Source: Ichthyobacteriaceae bacterium (GTDB lineage: Bacteria; Bacteroidota; Bacteroidia; Flavobacteriales; JADGDT01). From it: 61,870 bases of DNA. How positions within the stretch are numbered: position 1 is the first letter of the stretch; each line of letters opens with the position of its first letter. Below, piece after piece: positions 57,746-61,870 of this stretch. The stretch covers positions 16,548 through 78,417 of the forward strand of contig JADGDT010000003.1 of assembly GCA_016744755.1 (NCBI GenBank), written 5' to 3'. Position numbers and translations under genes: made by a program. Below the pieces are notes generated by a model that did not search any database, was not told the origin of the DNA, and saw only the letters and a program-made list of their open reading frames with translations.

Positions 57746-59714
57746 TTATGGGTGTTTTTATAGTGAGTTTAATTCCTTTATTATTTTCCGAAAATATATC
57801 TAATATACCATCTATTTCTTTTACTCTATCTTTTATATTGCTAATACCTATTCCTTTTTTATTAGGTCCATTGCTAAAACCAACTCCATCATCTTCAATT
57901 TCTAATATAAAATCATTATCCACCTCATTAAAACTTATAGTAACACTATTTGCTCTTGAGTGTTTTGCAATATTAGTTATTGCTTCCTGAATAATACGAT
58001 ATAAGTTTATTTTAACATCTTCTGATATTAAATTCCATTTATCGAAATTATTTAGTAATTGATAATTTATATTTGAAGATAAAAATGACTTTTTTAGTAA
58101 CTTATCTACTGTCTTGGAAAGATTAGAGTCCGATTTGCTTTTAAGCTCGTGAGAAATATCTCTAATTTCATTTTCAATTTCTTTTAGAGTTTCAATAAAT
58201 ATATTATTATCTGCATTCTCTCTTACCTCCAGGTTATATCTAACTCCAAATAATTTTGAAAGAATATTGTCGTGCAGTTCTTTAGATAAATTAGAGTTAA
58301 CTGTTTTTTTAGCTTTTTGTATATTTACTTTCTCATTTTCAAGAATACCTCTAACTTCATCCCTAAATTCTTGTTCTTTTTCTAAATTATTTAGTTTAAA
58401 ATGCTGTTTCAAATAAAAATAAATGGTTAGAATAAGTAGTAATAAAGTAATAATAGTAATTATTAGCATATAATTTTTTTCTTCCAAAACTTCTGCTTTA
58501 CTCATATACTCGTCTGTTTCCATTCTTATACGAGCAAGTTTATTTTTCACCTTTCTATCTCTTAAATCTATCGAATCTTTAAGAGCAATGTAATTACGGC
58601 TGTATTTGTTGTTATTACTATCTACATCCATCAACATTAAATAACTCTTTAACCTTAATGTATTGTTTCCTGATAGGTTTGATAAACTTAAAGCAGTGCT
58701 TGCAGTTTCTATTGCTTTATCTTTTCTTTTCTGATGCTTGTATAACTCAGTAATAAGAAGCCTATTAGCTATTATACCCGCAGTATCTTTTATTGATTGT
58801 TTGAAATAATAGTTGTCTATAAATTCTTTCTCTACACCCTCTGTTAATAAGTCATTTTTAAATTTGGCATGAGTAAGGTTATCTTTTGCTCTTCCGTATA
58901 ATTGAGGGTCATCAACTATTAAACCTTTTACTTTTATTACTTTTTCTAAATAAAGTGTTGCTTTATAATAATTCTTTATCTTTAAAAATTCATGTCCAAT
59001 ATTATTATCACTTGTAGCAAGTGATAGAATATCATCACTAGCAATTAAACTTTTTGATTTTAGGAAAAACTTCATTGCATTCTCACTTTCTGTTTTTTCA
59101 GAATACAAATTAGCTAAATCATTATAGCAAGATTCTAACCAATCATCCATGTTGTTATCAGAAAAGATTTTGATTGCTTCAAACATATCATTCTCTGCAC
59201 CGTTATACTGATGCAAATCTTTTTGCACGCAAGATAAAAAGGCTAGATTTTTGGCATAACTAATTGTATCTTTTATAGCCAACAATAATTTATTTGAAGT
59301 ATTAAAGCTACTATATGCTTTTATACCTACACCTTTATTTAAAAAATAATAGCCTTTGTATTTATATGCTTTTGCCAAAACCAACGTATCGTTAATTAGT
59401 TTTGAATGGTCTATAATTTCGTTAGTTATTTTATTAAAAAGTGGGAAATCATTAAGTTTATAAGCAGAATATGAGAATTTAATTTTAAATGAATTAGATA
59501 TGGAATCATTAAACCTATAATTCTCTAATTTTTCTATTCCATCAACAATATATATTGTTCTGTCTTCTATGCTAATAGTATCGTTTCTAGATTGCGTAAT
59601 ATAATAATTAATACTATCTATTTCTGAAATTTGTGGTGCATCTTTACTCTTGTAATTATTATTGCAAGAGATGAATAAAATGAAGATTAAAAAAAATGAA
59701 ATAGGTAGTTTCAA
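57732..59714 (-). CDS. TPR-containing sensor histidine kinase (HisKA_3 type)
   Basis: Lipobox-like FISC, TPR-like helices, one TM, KELHD, RDISHEL, YRIIQEAITN..KH, EDDGVGF, GIGISN. Confidence 0.92.
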   Translation of the reverse strand: MKLPISFFLIFILFISCNNNYKSKDAPQISEIDSINYYITQSRNDTISIEDRTIYIVDGIEKLENYRFNDSISNSFKIKFSYSAYKLNDFPLFNKITNEIIDHSKLINDTLVLAKAYKYKGYYFLNKGVGIKAYSSFNTSNKLLLAIKDTISYAKNLAFLSCVQKDLHQYNGAENDMFEAIKIFSDNNMDDWLESCYNDLANLYSEKTESENAMKFFLKSKSLIASDDILSLATSDNNIGHEFLKIKNYYKATLYLEKVIKVKGLIVDDPQLYGRAKDNLTHAKFKNDLLTEGVEKEFIDNYYFKQSIKDTAGIIANRLLITELYKHQKRKDKAIETASTALSLSNLSGNNTLRLKSYLMLMDVDSNNNKYSRNYIALKDSIDLRDRKVKNKLARIRMETDEYMSKAEVLEEKNYMLIITIITLLLLILTIYFYLKQHFKLNNLEKEQEFRDEVRGILENEKVNIQKAKKTVNSNLSKELHDNILSKLFGVRYNLEVRENADNNIFIETLKEIENEIRDISHELKSKSDSNLSKTVDKLLKKSFLSSNINYQLLNNFDKWNLISEDVKINLYRIIQEAITNIAKHSRANSVTISFNEVDNDFILEIEDDGVGFSNGPNKKGIGISNIKDRVKEIDGILDIFSENNKGIKLTIKTPINANT

Positions 59715-59765
59715 GTAAAACGATTTTAGGGGGCTAATATAAAATTTTAGAACCCTAAAATCTAA

Positions 59766-59936
59766 CTATTCTTCTTCTTTCTTAACCGTTTTATCTTGTT
59801 CTCCTCCCTCATCTGATACAAATCTTTCAGAAATAAATTTTTCTTCTTTTGACAACTCATTTATAGTATCTTTTGTACAAGAGGATAATACTATTGAAAA
59901 TAGAACTAAGGCAATAATAATTTTGTAAGTTTTCAT
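59766..59936 (-). CDS. 56-aa acidic lipopeptide upstream of the kinase (not in ORF track)
   Basis: MKTYKIIIALVLFSIVLSS-CTKDTINELSKEEKFISERFVSDEGGEQDKTVKKEEE. Confidence 0.7.
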   Translation of the reverse strand: MKTYKIIIALVLFSIVLSSCTKDTINELSKEEKFISERFVSDEGGEQDKTVKKEEE

Positions 59937-59965
59937 ACTTTAGAATTTAATATTTATTAATGCCA

Positions 59966-60033
59966 CAAACATATATTCTAAAAAATGAAATGCAGTTCGG
60001 TTTAACCGTACTTAAAGTTCGGTTAATAGTACT
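59966..60033 (-). promoter_or_regulatory. Promoter of the lipopeptide/TCS operon with the same tandem boxes
   Basis: TATGTTTG (59966-59973); GTTCGGTTTAACCGTAC (59995-60011) and a degenerate second box from 60017. Confidence 0.7.
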
Positions 60034-60164
60034 ACCTACACATTTATTATGGGGCTATGTTGTTTGTAGTGGGTAATTTAAAATATGATGTTTTTTATCT
60101 TTTGAAATTTACTAAATTAGAATATCATCACCCCGAGGCTTAAGTTTTTAACGAAAAACTCCAA

Positions 60165-60345
60165 CCCGCCTTGCCCGCTCCGACGATTGAGGCGAGCCGT
60201 CGAGGCAGGTAAGCGGATGACAAATTATTTCCCGCTAATACCGCTGATTAACGTATATTTTATCAGTGAAAATCTGCGGAATCTGCGGGCGATAAACAAT
60301 GTTGTCATAGGTAGCAGGCCACCTATCCGTCGAGGCTGGTCGAAG
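60165..60345. repeat. GC-rich REP-like remnants
   Basis: ccgtcgaggc occurs twice, aatctgcgg in tandem; GC-rich against the background. Confidence 0.45.
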
Positions 60346-60409
60346 GGTCTATTACATCTATTGATATAGATATTTCTACCTATCATTAGAAAAACATATC
60401 TTTACAGCC

Positions 60410-61870
60410 ATGCCACCTATAATAAAAACAGTTTCAATAATTTTACTACTCCATGTTTTTTGGATTAAAAGTGCTTGTGCTCAAGAAATACCTGAGTATA
60501 TTTTTGATAATGATGTAGTTGTAATAAAAGAAGAAATCATCCTAAAAAATGCCTGGGCTGGAGGGTTAAATTTTATACAAATAGAAACCTTCGATTTTAA
60601 CTACGATGGATACGACGATCTATTAATTTTTGATAGATCTGGTAATAAAATAATGCCATTTATTTATCATAAAAAAGACAATAATTCCTATTACAAATAT
60701 GATGCTTCTTTTGCTTTTTCTTTCCCCGAAGTTATAAATTGGATAAAACTTGTAGACTACAATTGTGACGGTAAAAAAGATATTTTTGCATATAACATAT
60801 TAGGAATTGAAGTATGGAAAAACATTAGCTCTGAAAATGAAATTAATTTCGAACAACAGTTTTTTGAATATCACCTTTCTAATGGAACACAAATTCTAGC
60901 AGCCATAAAAACAGATACTGGTGGCGATTACGATACCAACCTACATATTATTTACCAAGATATTCCTGCTATAGTTGATGTTGATGGAGATGGTAGCATA
61001 GACATACTCAACTTTGGTTTGGGAAGTGCAATACCCGAAGGTTCTACGGTAGAATTTCATAAAAATAGAAGTCCTTGCGGTTTAGATTTCGAAAGAGTTA
61101 CATCGTGCTGGGGAGGATTTGCCGAGAATTACACAAACAATTCTGTTTCTCTAGAAGTTTGCATAAAGCCAACAAGTCTTGCAAAAACTAAGGGAGTAAA
61201 AATGCACGCTGGATCATCGTTGTTAGTTAGTGATTTTAGTGGTAATGGGTTACCCGATATGCTTATTGGCGATATTACTTTCGAGAATGCAGTGATGGTT
61301 TACAACCACGGCGATAAAAATACAGCGTGGATGACAGAGCAAGACAAAACTTTCCCTAGCTACTCCACGCCTATCAGCTTAGAGTATTTTCCTGGATTTT
61401 CTATGATAGATATTGACCTTGATGGCAGCTTAGATTTAATTGCTAGTCCAGCTATAAAAGGTTCTCAAAATGTAGAGAGTGTATGGAGGTACAAAGATAT
61501 TTCTGGTAATAATATCCCAAATTTTGTAAGAGACAGTAAATCATTTTTACAAGACGAAATGATAGATGTTGGCGAAGGTGCAAATCCTCATTTATACGAT
61601 ATAGACGGCGATGGATTACTAGATCTACTAATTGGCAATTATGGTTACTACCAAACTGGTGGAGGTTATAAATCAAATATTTCATTTTATAAAAACGTTG
61701 GGAGTACTACACATGCGAAGTTTGAATTTGTAGATGAAAACTTTGGTGATTTCGAACAATACCCTTGGCGGAATATTTACCCCGCATTTGGCGACCTTAA
61801 CAACGATGATATTGCGGATATAATTATTGGCGAAATTGACGGACTTATTCACTATTTTGAAGGAACTGGA
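60410..61870 (+). CDS. Secreted FG-GAP/VCBS-repeat protein, 3' partial (not in ORF track)
   Basis: ATG at 60410, signal peptide, NAWAGGLN, repeated DxDxDGxxD (DFNYDGYDDL, DYNCDGKKDI, DVDGDGSIDI, DIDGDGLLDL); runs off the window end. Confidence 0.85.
   Translation, partial: MPPIIKTVSIILLLHVFWIKSACAQEIPEYIFDNDVVVIKEEIILKNAWAGGLNFIQIETFDFNYDGYDDLLIFDRSGNKIMPFIYHKKDNNSYYKYDASFAFSFPEVINWIKLVDYNCDGKKDIFAYNILGIEVWKNISSENEINFEQQFFEYHLSNGTQILAAIKTDTGGDYDTNLHIIYQDIPAIVDVDGDGSIDILNFGLGSAIPEGSTVEFHKNRSPCGLDFERVTSCWGGFAENYTNNSVSLEVCIKPTSLAKTKGVKMHAGSSLLVSDFSGNGLPDMLIGDITFENAVMVYNHGDKNTAWMTEQDKTFPSYSTPISLEYFPGFSMIDIDLDGSLDLIASPAIKGSQNVESVWRYKDISGNNIPNFVRDSKSFLQDEMIDVGEGANPHLYDIDGDGLLDLLIGNYGYYQTGGGYKSNISFYKNVGSTTHAKFEFVDENFGDFEQYPWRNIYPAFGDLNNDDIADIIIGEIDGLIHYFEGTG

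Noticed and set aside
1870..61685. Short overlapping ORFs in the track (e.g. 1870, 5972, 7240, 9495, 9874, 14087, 16258, 17654, 21077, 24151, 26056, 27435, 28357, 31798, 33224, 33804, 35618, 37446, 37920, 39067, 40329, 41840, 43043-45257, 51529, 53775, 57162, 57736, 60187, 61452)
   Set aside because: Antisense or off-frame shadows of well-supported genes or repeats, with no recognisable motifs

Overview
AT-rich Bacteroidota (probably Flavobacteriales) chromosomal window; the taxonomy is inferred from SusC/SusD, T9SS-type proteins and TAnnTTTG promoters. From left to right it holds: (1) a polysaccharide-utilisation locus that looks chitosan-specific (GH8, tandem-repeat surface lipoprotein, SusCD, two ROK proteins, CsxA-like GH2, LacI); (2) housekeeping genes, including a GMC oxidoreductase pair split by an inverted-repeat-flanked GxxExxY nuclease gene, and alaS; (3) a psrABC/phsABC-like sulfur-respiration operon with two YeeE/YedE proteins and three exported rhodanese-fold proteins that all end in a SoxY-like KRKKKAVSGGCG tail; (4) a modular bacteriocin-like locus (about 47.6-60 kb). 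That locus has five double-glycine two-Cys precursors missing from the ORF track, a C39 peptidase ABC exporter, a CxxC oxidoreductase and candidate immunity genes. A conserved palindrome-plus-hairpin leader occurs four times, and a TPR kinase/response regulator pair has matching tandem boxes at two promoters. No rRNA, tRNA, CRISPR array, integrase or transposase was recognised. All calls come from reading the sequence by eye; no searches were run.
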